Source: Tubiluchus corallicola (lineage: Eukaryota; Animalia; Priapulida). From it: a stretch of 64,000 bases of DNA. The stretch covers positions 124,001 through 188,000 of the forward strand of contig JAQGDQ010000442.1 in the NCBI GenBank assembly GCA_030141605.1, in the 5' to 3' direction. The position numbers were made by a program, and so were the translations under genes. The notes under the pieces were generated by a model. That model made no database searches. It was not told the DNA's origin and was given only the letters and a program-made list of their open reading frames with translations. Below, in pieces: positions 52,528 to 64,000 of the stretch (its first letter is position 1; each line of letters opens with the position of its first letter).

Positions 52528-55500
52528 CTATCTTGAATCATCTACTTGTACCAGATCAAACTGGTCAATTGTAGACATGACCAACATCAAGTGGTCCAAG
52601 AAGGAGTTGATGCTAACCCTGAGAATCCGAGCTTCGCTTGCCTGGATTTTGCTGTAAAAGAAACAATTTGGATGATTGCAATATATTTACAGCAGCGCCT
52701 TTCCAGCTGAACTCCAGTCGGTTTATTTCTACAGTCGACCTAGCCGGAAACCCAGCTTTAGTCGCGCCAGTCCCTTAGTGATGGGTGTCGAGCTAGCTGA
52801 TATTTTTGCCAGCTGCAAAGGTTTTCGCTCGTGATAATCGTGTGACACTGTAAACTACTGGTTGAAATATGGCAAACGCATTGTGGATTCGTGGTCAGAT
52901 TGTGCATGTGCTGGCAGAGATACTAAATTTAGAAATTTTTGTATGCGAAAGCTGGTCAATTTTATATAGGCAAATATACACAAATAGGCAACGTTAGTCA
53001 CACGTATGGGATTATTTTGGTGTTTTGGTATCGATTCGTCAGTTATCAAGATAAGCCTTGCCAACAGTTGGATTTAAATTATATTTACAATAAATCCACT
53101 GCTTTTTTATAATAATAAAAAATTGATTTTTAATGCATTATTTGAATTTGTACATTTTTCTGTGTATAAGCAACATTAATTATTTAAAAAATTTGTCTCC
53201 ATAATTTAACAGTTTACTAACAATTTATCATTTATTTAGTTAACAAAAACTCGTAGCTTCAGCTGACTTAACTAATGAGTCAGTTAACCTCAACCGAGCT
53301 AGCTGATTTACCGTGTGAGTCAGCTGATGCATTAGCAACTGACTCAGCTTCAGCCGAGCTAGCTAATTTACAGTGTGAGTCAGCTGATGCATTAGCAACT
53401 GACTCAGCTTTAGCCGAGCTAGCTAATTTACTGTGTGAGTCAGCTGATGCATTAGCAGTTGACTCAGTTTCAGCCGAGCTAGCTGTTTTACTGTGTGAAT
53501 CAGCTGATGCATTAGCAATTGACTCAGTTTCAGCCAAGCTAGCTGTTTTACTGTGTGAATCAGCTGATGCATTAGCAATTGACTCAGTTTCAGCCGAGCT
53601 AGCTGTTTTACTGTGTGAATCAGCTGATGCATTAGCAGTTGACTCAGCTTCAGCCGAGCTGTTTTACTGTGTGAATCAGCTGATGCATTAGCAAATGACT
53701 CAGCTTCAGCCTCTAAAAGAAGAGCAAAAAGGCTTTGTGATGCTGCACTTATTTCCAGTATTCAAGAACACAATCAGTTCACTGCTTCAATTCACTAATT
53801 TTGCATTACCAATTTATATAAAATTTCCCGTTTTCTTTTAAACAAAGCATTGCGAAAATTTGTTTTGATGAAAAACAATCAAAACAAAAGTGAAGCTGTG
53901 TACATGAGCCTTATTAATTAATTACTTTTATAAGAACTTTATTGTACTGAACATTGTTCTGTTTATACATTCTAAAAAGTTACTGGGTGATGGATAGGTG
54001 TTGTGCTAAGGTGTAGGTAGTGAGGTGTGGGTGGTGTAAGGTGAGTGGTGTGCCAGGTTGGCATCGTGTGGAGGGGGTTGTTGTGAGTTTATGCACAAAA
54101 TTCTTTTTGCGGTGTTTGGCTAGTCTTATATATTCCGAGGACAGCACCATTCATGGAGATCTATAAATCAAATGAAAGGTCTCAATCTAGTGTCATCTCA
54201 TTGGGGGTTTATTTTTTGAATTGGGCCCATCGGTATGAACGGGGGGCGTAGGGGAAAGCTCCAATCATCATTGTCTGCATCACCATCATCACGTGATGTA
54301 GTGTGGTATAGTGGATGCAGCAAGTATGCTGTGGTGTGGTATAGAGTGGGGGATGTGGCACAGTGCAGGTGGCGTGATGTGGTTGACGTGGTGTGGTGTG
54401 GGGGTAGGTGTTATGGTATGGTGTTTGTGGTGTGGTGAGGGTGGTGGGTGCTGTGGCGTGGGTTGTCGTTGTGGGTTTATGTGCAAAATTCGTTATTCGG
54501 GCCTTGGCTAGTAATCATATTAATTTATCAATACTGGTACATGATTCTGCAAAATTTAATGTAATATGAAAGTAAGACAGTTTAATGTTTAAAGATTTGA
54601 AAATATTTTTTCATCTAACTTTACTTTGATAAGCGCGTAAAACATTTTTTACACCTTTGTAGAGTTTGGTGTCAATTTTTCTTTTAATATTTTTGTATAA
54701 TAATACCAGAGGTCGCCTGTAGAAAAATTGTTTACAACTTGACTGTGACAAACGACAAATGTCTATGTATCACTCTTATTTTTACATTAAGGATTTACTA
54801 TCAATATTTTGAAAGCTACTGCCATCTCACCTATGACCTAATGAGCTATCAGTATAAGTGACTATGAATCGAAATCAGCATCAAACTATGCCGCCTGGTC
54901 CCAAAGTCAGCATTAAAAGGAGTCCACAAGTGCAGTCGTTTTAACAATGGCAAATCAATTTATCAACAATCTCTTACATTTCTGCATATACGTACACTGT
55001 TAATATGTTAGAACTAACTTCTAGTTCTTTATGACAATGTGCTTTCCGTGGCTCCCGGTCGACAATTAAACTGTTGCGGGCAATTTCAGCATGTCTACTT
55101 GTTAGGAAAGGTATCGTCATTTCACTAAAAAGAAATTAGGTTTGGTTAACATAAAAGCTAATATAAAAAAGCATATATCTTATAAAATCTCAAGTGCAGA
55201 TTTCATTAATATTGTGAAAGTCATTTGAAGTTGTTGTTCACTCACTTTATTATGATTGAGTTTAGGCACAGAAGTATGAATAAGAATAAAAAACCTATAA
55301 TACATATTTGCACTGCACACAACAGAAAAGTGTTTATTAAAACTATAGAAACATGAGTAGCACAACTGCTGCACTGAACACTGAGAGAGAGAGTGACTAG
55401 AAAGCAAAAACAGTCAGTATATATAGGTATAAGACTTGATCTATGCAGACTTGCACAGGCTTCACAACAACCACTACTTTAAAATAAGGAGAGAACCAGT

Positions 55501-56330
55501 GAATATGCATTCACTGGACCATACAATTATACTGGGGGTAAGTCAGCTGGTAGAATGTAACAGGAGTAGCCCATAGATGGCAGCACCTAATTATAATGTA
55601 CAATTCCAACTTCCACAAATATCAAGGTAAACTAAAATTATTTAAATATTTAATATTATCATTTAACACATTAAATCTTTTAATGACATAAGTGTAAGTA
55701 CAGTATGGAAACAAGTAGCAAAACTTAGCAAATATAAACATCATGCCATGCATGTGTCCTACACATGCTGGTGACTGTTTATTTTTCTAACTGACTACAT
55801 GACTAAATGGTATATCTTCTACTTAAGAAGACTACTTGGGTATAAGATGTACTGCCGAATAACGTGCTTTCTGTCAGTTGGATATCAGCAGTGACCAGTG
55901 CCTCCTTGAGATGTTACAAATCAATAAATTGTTAACAATTATTTTGATCCAAAAAACTGCTATCCTACCAGTGTTGCTTTCAATATTTTGTCCTTTCATC
56001 AATTTCTCTGCTTAGCTTGACGGAGACAGATTTTGAAAAATATTCATCAATGACATGTAAGTGGTGATGACGAATAAAAGTATAGTCATGAACTGGTAAT
56101 AAATATATTTTTTGTATTTAAAGTCATTTGGTAAATTTTGGATGTATTCTTATACTTCTGCTTCTGCTTGATAGTGCTGAAACATATTTGTATTTGATCC
56201 AAACACAAATTATAGTACTTGACTCCAAACCTAACTGTCAATAAGGCACGGGTATTTCATAATCACAGTCTCCTCAATCATATCAATAAAAAAATTCAGC
56301 TCACGCAAAGCTCATTCTTTTACTATTCAT
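52528..56330 (-). CDS. LAGE3: EKC/KEOPS complex subunit LAGE3/Pcc1, ~92 aa
   Basis: Exon 54996-55124 EMTIPFLTSRHAEIARNSLIVDREPRKAHCHKELEVSSNILTV and exon 52528-52651 KIQASEARILRVSINSFLDHLMLVMSTIDQF...* match the Pcc1 pattern (IPF..R.AEIA..SL.VD.EP; R.LR.S...FLD.L.LV). Candidate first exon 56305-56330 (MNSKRMSFA, phase-compatible) is tentative. Confidence 0.82.
53255..53710. repeat. 60-bp minisatellite with internal dyad symmetry, ~7 units (LAGE3 intron)
   Basis: Units aligned on consecutive 60-nt lines; GAGTCAG...CTGACTC inverted arms. Confidence 0.93.
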
Positions 56331-57309
56331 ATGGAGAAAGAGAAATGCCATTAACGTACTGAGTGCCGTTCCAAGTTGACCTGCTCAAGTTCTAAATTTT
56401 CATATAGTTCAAATGCAAATTATGCAACAACAATAGTATTGTAGGTGCTGTAGTCTTTATCTGAATCGTTTAATACAAATTCAGTAAATGTGTGGGCAGA
56501 GCTGTGACGGAGCTGTTAAATTGACAAATTAATTGGTTATTTCATGCCTATAAAGGCTAGACTGAGATGTAAAAATGCCAAGTTAGCTGAATATCCAATA
56601 TGGGCAGTACTAGCGATACGGGAGATCTTCGCATTTGTTGCAGAAAGTCGTCAGTTGCTTCCACTATAAATGTGCAATGCCAGTGTGATGGCCAGCCCGA
56701 CCTAAATATTTCTGAACATATATCTGGCATTGTCTGTACCCATCGCATATATCGCAAAGTTTTCGAGGTTAGTACATTATAAGAAAATTCATGTAAGTGC
56801 TATAGACGTATAAATGTGTATGTACCATATTGCTAAATAAGTTTTAACACCTAAGTCTGACTTGGAAATAGGATTCAACACTCAAGTTTCACTTAGAAAG
56901 AACTAAAATTTAATAAGATTTAACACTGAAATCTGGCTTGGAAAGGTTATCCAAAAATTCTTAAACGATGACTGGTACATGTGGGGTCATACGCACTTGC
57001 TCGACATCCACGTGCACTAGGACACCGCACAAGACCTCGCCATGTACTGTGGTGCATGGCAGCACATGGGAATGTTCAGCGAGCTTGCAACAAATGTCTC
57101 CCATGTAGTGTTCTGTCATTTGTAGAATTATCAAAAGTTCTATTCTAAGTGAATGTACGGTAAATACTTATGATAATAACTAGAACAGCATTTTAATCCG
57201 TGAAAATATGTATAAAGTTCTGTACTGGCAATCAATGTTTAATTTTACGAAAGCCAGTGAATTAATTATGAAAGTCTTGAATGTCGAGTAGAAGCACGAA
57301 CATCATAAT

Positions 57310-58671
57310 TGTAAGGCACAGAGTATGCCACTAGCCGAAGCAGGACACTTCCGCTAAAGTGCATGTGCTAAATTTGCGGAAAAGCAGTATCACACATGGG
57401 CAACTGAGTATGCAGCCCTCGAAAGGCACTAGCGATTTCTGTCGAGAATTATGAGATAAAACTTAAAACTAAATTTGTTTTAGAAAAACAGCAACTTTAT
57501 AATAATGATGGATAGTCCTTGACAATTTACAAAAGTATTTTTCACAATAATACAGTGGTTCCCAACCTTTTCCTTGCCAAGTACCCCTTCTAAATGTGGC
57601 GATCTTCAGCGTACCCCCACCTGATATTTTTCAACAAATCGTTTGAAAGCTGATAATTTTTCGTGAGCCTCGACAATGTTCATGTTGTTTCCTTGAATTG
57701 AAATATTCAACTCATTCAAGACAGAAAAAATGTCTGCCAACTAAGCAAGCTTCAGAATGAAGTTCATGTCTTCGAAGAGGTCAGCCAAGTCGTCCATCTG
57801 CATTTCTCGAAAGAGCGAGAAAGCGACAAAATAAAAGCTTTTCGTGGGCGGGTAAAAGTATTTTCTAGCACACTGCGCAGGAATGATATTGTTTGTGAAA
57901 TGGTGTATTTTACCCTTTTCACTGGCTACAGAAAGAAAAAAATGTGTCGATCTGACACACCTTCTGCGTACCCCTGGTATTGCTGTTGCGTACCCCCAGG
58001 GGGTACGCGGGAACCACTGCAATAATATCATCATTAATTAGCTCCGTTAGTATCTTCATAACGTTAAACGAAGTATTTGATGTTTTACAGAGAGAAACTA
58101 GAAACAATGTAGAGCACATAGCTCACTAGCCCATTTACTTAGCAGAAAAAAACTATTTGTCCAAGAAGTAGTGAAACTGATCACCTATCTGTGAAGCGAG
58201 ACAAAATAAAAAATGATATACCTTAAGCAAATCTTGGAATTGCCTAAAAAGTGGACTTATTTCATATCAAAAAGATTAATATCTACGGCAAATTTTATAT
58301 ACTGGCCGTTCTCTAGCTCAGAAGAAGATTCGTTTAGGCGCTACTACACTTTCGCACCTCCTACTTTTTTCTGGCTTATTGTCTGTCTTTACGTCTGTAG
58401 GCCCTAAAGCAGACCAACAGGCATAATATACACCATATTCCCATAGTATTATAGGTTTTTAGGCGTTATATTATTCAACGTGTATTGACACTTTCAATTA
58501 TTATTATTAAATGAACAAAGACATCAGATGCTGCGAGTCCGGTTAACGACTCAATTCATGAAATGTCTCTAGTGTCCTACTTGGGCAGCCCATCTACGAC
58601 ACATCCTACTTGGACTAGCCCATGTACGCCAATAGTCCTACTTCGCCTAGTGTACTATTCCGCTCCCAACA
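57310..58671. mobile_element. Ginger-like TGT...ACA element, copy 2, interrupted by a hAT insertion
   Basis: Colinear with 30884-31544 at both ends and internally (CTATTTGTCCAAGAAGTAGTGAAAC, GATATACCTTAAGCAAAT); TSD not clean. Confidence 0.65.
57553..58019 (-). mobile_element. hAT (Charlie/Buster-like) deletion derivative, same family as 15263-15923
   Basis: First ~95 bp identical to the 15263 copy, perfect TSD CAATAATA; minus strand reads FILKLA*LADIFSVLNELNISIQGNNMNIVEAHEKLSAF. Confidence 0.9.
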
Positions 58672-59184
58672 ATAACTTAGAAAGTCCAATCGATCGAGTA
58701 CATGTAGTGCATAATGTGTGTACACGAACAGAATGAATTCTGTGAACTTTAATGTTTCCATTAATTTGCTAGTCAATGAACGTATACTATAAAATAAATA
58801 AATGAACTTAAAAATAGTGTTACACGTGCAACTGCCCATCTTTAACAGGAATAGACATCTTTTTAACTATTGTATTTCATTTATCGTTCACTTATAACTG
58901 CATTTAGATTTACTGTTACCACCACACAGTCACGTGTAGCTGTCAACTCAGTTATTTCATTTTGATTTTGTTTCCCTTACTATATTTACATTTAGATGGA
59001 TTATGTTTTTGTTAAATTTACAACATAAAATATGTCATGTATGACAAAAAGATCACAGATAACGTGGCAGGCACTGCCAAAAGATAATTGTATCAGTATG
59101 ATAAATAATTACTGATTTTCAACCAAGCACCGGTGCCAGGTGCCAGGATGGAACATCGCCAACATTCGTACTTTTGCAAAAACC

Positions 59185-59904
59185 ATGGCTGCTATGAATG
59201 ACGTGGATCCATCGAAATTGTCTGATTTTACCTTATTAGACAATGATTTAAACTTAGAAGGGGATATTGCGGCGGCAAGTACTTCGGAGACTGAATATGA
59301 AACTGAAAACAGTACGTTGAACGAACCTATCAGGACTACAATTCTGAGAGACTTGAATGCTGTTAGTGTCAAATTCAAGCATGTGTTTTATCCAAAGCAA
59401 AATGAAGTTTTGTTGAAAGAGTGGGATTTATGGGGACCATTGGTACTCTGTCTAATATTGTCAACGCTATTACAGTCAAGCTCATCAAATAACAAAGACC
59501 ACAAAGACGACACAAAAGAAGTTCACTTTGCAGAAATATTTGTCTTGGTTTGGGTCGGTGCAATTCTAGTTACACTCAATTCCAAATTGCTTGGTGGAAC
59601 ACTTTCGTTCTTTCAGAGTGTTTGTGTGCTTGGTTACTGTTTGTTTCCACTAACGTTAGCATCCGTTATTAACGCAATCATTTTGCTGGCAGCCCCCCAT
59701 CCTGATGATCCGAGTCAAAAAGGTGCTGGGCTTTTTGCAGTTAGAGTAATTGTAGTTCTTTCTGCTTTTGGATGGTCTACATTTGCTTCTACAGCATTTT
59801 TGGCAGACAGTCAGCCTCCACGGCGAAAGTCACTTGCAGTTTATCCAATATTTTTGTTTTATTTTGTAATAAGTTGGCTCATCATATCACATTCTGGTGG
59901 TTAA
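59185..59904 (+). CDS. YIPF6: Yip1 domain family member 6, single coding exon, 239 aa
   Basis: AAAACCATGG start; STLNEPIRTTILRDL, EWDLWGPL, VTLNSKLLGGTLSFFQSVCVLGYC, FLADSQPPRRKSLAVYPIFLFYFVISW. Confidence 0.93.
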   Translation: MAAMNDVDPSKLSDFTLLDNDLNLEGDIAAASTSETEYETENSTLNEPIRTTILRDLNAVSVKFKHVFYPKQNEVLLKEWDLWGPLVLCLILSTLLQSSSSNNKDHKDDTKEVHFAEIFVLVWVGAILVTLNSKLLGGTLSFFQSVCVLGYCLFPLTLASVINAIILLAAPHPDDPSQKGAGLFAVRVIVVLSAFGWSTFASTAFLADSQPPRRKSLAVYPIFLFYFVISWLIISHSGG

Positions 59905-61451
59905 TCTCAATTTAAAATAAAAGTGATTGTTTGTGCAGTTTTTATAAATTATATTTTGAAACTCACAAATAAATTAATGTGGTGTTATTAGTTTTTGTAT
60001 TCAGATTTAATATATAAATTTTTTAAATTTAAAGAAGTTCATTTGTTTATCGGGTTTCATATTACACCTATATGTGTCAGCATTATACACTTCTTGCTTG
60101 TTGAAATATATAATTTAGTTGTCTGTTTGTGAGGTTAAAAAGATTAACACAAGTTACTGTTGGCTTATTGCTGTAAGTTTGATACGTTTATGACTTGCAT
60201 CTCTTTCACATCTCAAAGCTAAACTTGGTAAAAAACTAATAATATAATTTGTGAAGTCGGAAAGCCTCTTGCTTATTATATAATTTGCAGTAAATTAAAC
60301 TGCAACCTAATCCTTGAATTTTATTGATTGCAGTAAATCCATTGTTTGTTGGAGAAATTACTTTAATTGTTGCAAACTTCTGTACATTTTGAGGTTTGTT
60401 GTTTCTTTTAATGCATATTTGATTGACAGGGATTCAACTTTGTTGTATAAACGGAATGGATTATATGCACTAACGAAATTTAGGTATATGTATGTATATG
60501 TATATCTTTTTTGCATTTCAATTTCATTTATTACAACTTTTATTTACTCGAACACAACTAACTTCGGTTCTGGCGATCATCAGGTCCCTGTAAACAAAAC
60601 AAATATTTTATATAAATACACAAAGCTCACGTTAGCAATTAAGTTAGTAAAAATAGTACAATTCAATTTAAGATTTTTGTCTCTTTTTTTAGAAAGATTA
60701 CAAAGGTAAAAGTTATAGTTAATATTTTATATTAACAAAATAGAGGAGGGTGGTGAAAGACTAGGGGTCATGAAGCAGCCACCCCTCTATGATTTTTAGA
60801 TACCACGGTTTTTATGTAATAATATAATACATATACATATACTTATATATATATGTTATGTTGCCTGTGTCAAATAGTTGTGCATACTGTGCTGCTGATT
60901 TTACTTGCCTGACAAAAAAATTTTAATTATGCTAATGATATTAATCAGTTTAGGGATTTTTGAAGTTTATGGTGGACAAAATCAAGCAACGTAATAAAAT
61001 TAAAAGAAATATAATTACATGATACGCAATATCAATTGACCTAATGTAAGACTAATTAAATGAACTAAACAACAAAAAACAGAAATCAACTGAAACCATT
61101 TGTTTCGATCACCTGTTTATAGTTTGAAAGTAAAAATAATAATAAAACTGAAATAAAGAGTATACATACATACCTACACATACATAAACACACCACATAT
61201 ATTTATATATATACATATGCGTGTATACCCACACATATACATATACACATATATTTGCACGTATATTCACACATATACACGTTTACATGTGTGTAAGGAG
61301 GATAAGAGAGATTTATCATAAAAGAAATGAGAAATGGTGGTTTTTTATCTTGGAGTTAATGAGTTAAAGTAATCTGAATAGAAAAAAGAATATGAAGACG
61401 CCATACAACTGTTGAGTTTAGTTTAAGAGTAAATGTATTAATAGTTGCTAA

Positions 61452-62370
61452 TTAAGTGATTACAAAATAGTTTAACCCAGTTTTAAGCGGTTACATAATA
61501 GTTTGACCGCAGTTTTAAGTGATTACAAAATAGTTTAACCACAGTTTTAAGTGATTACATAATAGTTTAACCCAGTTGTAAGTGATTACAAAATAGTTTA
61601 AGCCAGTTTTAAGTGATTACAAAATAGTTTAACCGCAGTTTTAAGTGATTACAAAATATTTTAATCGTAGTTTTAATTGATTGCAAAATAGTTTAACCTA
61701 GTTTTAAGTGATTACACAATAGTTTAACCGCAGTTTTAGGTCATTACAAAATAGTTTAACCCAGTTTTAAGTGATTACAAAATAGTTTAACCACAGTTTT
61801 AAGTGATTACACAATAGTTTAACCGCAGTTTTAAGTGATTACAAAATAGTTTAACCACAGTTTTAAGTGATTACACAATAGTTTAACCGCAGTTTTAAGT
61901 GATTACAAAATAGTTTAACCACAGTTTTACGTGATTACACAATAGTTTAACCGCAGTTTTAAGTGATTACAAAATAGTTTAACCACAGTATTAAGTGATT
62001 ACAAAATAGTTTAACCGCAGTTTTAAGTGATTACAAAATAGTTTAACCCAGTTTTACGTGATTACACAATAGTTTAACACAGTTTTAAGTGATTACACAA
62101 TAGTTTAACCCAGTTTTAAGTGATTACACAATAGTTTAACCGCAGTTTTAAGTGAATACAAAATAGTTTAACCCAGTTTTCAGTGATTACAAAATAGTTT
62201 AACCCAGTTTTAAATGATTACAAAATAGTTTAACTGCAGTTTTAAGTGATTACACAATAGTTTAACCCAGTTTTAAGTGATTACAAAACAGTTTAACCCA
62301 GTTTTAAGTGATTACAAAATAGTTTAACCACAGTTTTAAGTGATTACAAAATAGTTTAACCGCAGTTTTA
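61452..62370. repeat. 31-32-bp minisatellite (GTTTTAAGTGATTACAMAATAGTTTAACCRCA), ~29 units
   Basis: Tandem units with no spacers. Confidence 0.96.
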
Positions 62371-62778
62371 CACGAGGTAGGGATATTAAAAATATGCAAT
62401 AATAACTATATCAATTACTAATCTTATAATTCATAACACTTAGTTCTGAACTCTGGATTTTTTTACATGAATAACAGGGAATGGCATAAATTTTCTTTTC
62501 CCATACCTTTCATCTTTTTCAAAATCTAGATTTGACAGACTTTGATTGTACATAGATTTACAGTCGTGCAGAAAAAAATTAAATTTGATGTTATTTTTTT
62601 AGTAAATTTATATTATTTTTATAAAAGACGTTACAAACTATAGATTTCAGGCTATTAAATTACTGGCTATCTAATTACCGAATCTGCATGTTAGCTTTTT
62701 CGGTGCCCAATACTGAGTGTCACAAAATCTTTTGCGCACAGAACTACACCAAAAAGAGCAAAACAACAGACTTCTGAT

Positions 62779-63990
62779 TCAGGTTCTTCTGATGCAGTTG
62801 GCTTTGTTCACCCACCATTTCACTAAATCTGAGTGATACGTTACACTGGACGAATCAGAGTTCAGTCTTTCACAAAGATCACAGAAGGCGCTGTGATCTT
62901 CTATAATATAGTTGTCTTTCCAGTCAAAATATTTTCTGTATATCTGATCATGTGAATTCAAATAATGAAGGTAGTTGGCCAGATGTTTTGGCGATGTGAA
63001 ATCATTCACATTTATGACAGAGTGCGGCGGTGTTATTTCTGTATAATTTGAACCACCCATTACAATTGGCACTATGTTGTATCGTAAAGTTCTGTACAGT
63101 TTTTCCGTAGCATAATCTCGGCAAACTGAATTTTCAAAAGCCAAATAGAACTTGTATTTTTCTTCCATCATGTGATAGCAGTTGTTATTACGACTGCAAT
63201 TTAGTGGTCCACATTTTCCGTAAACATCCACATTAACGTGTTTTTTAAGTTCTTTTACATAATTCTCTCGCTGGCTTGATGTGTAGCAATTGCTTACAAG
63301 CCAAGCAACAAGTTTACTTTTTCCACGCAAGATTTGCTCTCTTTCTGCCATGTCTGTTAAGTCATCTGAGTCCCTTTTCGGACGCAGCCAGCCATGTCTG
63401 ACTGCAAATTCTGAATCGAATCTGTAAGTCATAGTCCAGTGAAACATTGCTCGTATTGATTTTAAACGTTTAGCACCATCAGGCCCCAAATGAACAGGTG
63501 ATTCACGAAGGTAAAAAACCCATTTCTGCCCAGGTTTAGTGACATTTGGAATGGGCTCGAAAGGGTTTCTAAAGTGGACAATTACAGCATCAGCCTTGTC
63601 CAGCAATGTTTTATTATTGGTGGTTACACAGTTTTTATACTTGTAGTTTTTTGTACAATATCTGACAAACGCTTCTGTGCCTAAACCAAAATTGAAATCC
63701 ACGGTTTTAAAAAATTTGTTCCAGAAAAGAATGATTTTCTGCTTTCCTGATTTTACCCTGCTAATTTCTGAGTATCCAGAGTTCTTCACATTTTTTTTGT
63801 ATGCAGACGTACCAATTCGTGCTTCATCATTGTATTTCACTAATCTGTCACTATAATAATATCTTTGACGGGTTTGAGTTTGCAGAACAATCACTAAATA
63901 AAATTTGTAGTATAGCATTAACATCGTCGTAATAGCAATCAATGCTGTTAAAACGAAACGTGGAATTGTGTTAAAATTCAGTTCCAACAT
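62779..63990 (-). CDS. Alpha-1,3-fucosyltransferase (GT10), single coding exon, 403 aa
   Basis: Type II membrane N-terminus; ADAVIVH, ESP, WTMTYRFDS, AWLVSNC, VDVYGKCG, FYLAFENSVCRDYATEKL, VPIVMGG, HSVINVNDF motifs. Confidence 0.94.
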   Translation of the reverse strand: MLELNFNTIPRFVLTALIAITTMLMLYYKFYLVIVLQTQTRQRYYYSDRLVKYNDEARIGTSAYKKNVKNSGYSEISRVKSGKQKIILFWNKFFKTVDFNFGLGTEAFVRYCTKNYKYKNCVTTNNKTLLDKADAVIVHFRNPFEPIPNVTKPGQKWVFYLRESPVHLGPDGAKRLKSIRAMFHWTMTYRFDSEFAVRHGWLRPKRDSDDLTDMAEREQILRGKSKLVAWLVSNCYTSSQRENYVKELKKHVNVDVYGKCGPLNCSRNNNCYHMMEEKYKFYLAFENSVCRDYATEKLYRTLRYNIVPIVMGGSNYTEITPPHSVINVNDFTSPKHLANYLHYLNSHDQIYRKYFDWKDNYIIEDHSAFCDLCERLNSDSSSVTYHSDLVKWWVNKANCIRRT

Positions 63991-64000
63991 CGTATAAAAT

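Noticed and set aside
53275-53691. 138-aa Ala/Ser-rich repeat protein
   Set aside because: Product of the 60-bp minisatellite inside a LAGE3 intron; no splice or homology support.

Overview
AT-rich, intron-containing animal (invertebrate-like) genomic DNA, not prokaryotic. Seven protein-coding genes were reconstructed by hand from GT-AG exon phases. They are: a 5'-incomplete bacterial-type amidase-signature enzyme (+), a head-to-head pair of 12-exon retinol saturase (RETSAT)-like paralogues (-/+), OXNAD1 (+), a small spliced LAGE3/Pcc1 KEOPS subunit missed by the ORF track (-), an intronless YIPF6 (+) and a GT10 alpha-1,3-fucosyltransferase (-). Introns and spacers contain many minisatellites and non-autonomous elements (hAT, Tc1/pogo, piggyBac and Ginger-like MITEs, two solo LTRs, LINE 3' ends). 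The most unusual element is a TSD-flanked chimeric retroposon in an intron of the second RETSAT gene, with a near-complete 5S rRNA head fused to an RTE-LINE-like body and (CAA)n tail, i.e. a candidate 5S-derived RTE-mobilised SINE. Family assignments rest on recalled motifs; no database searches were run.
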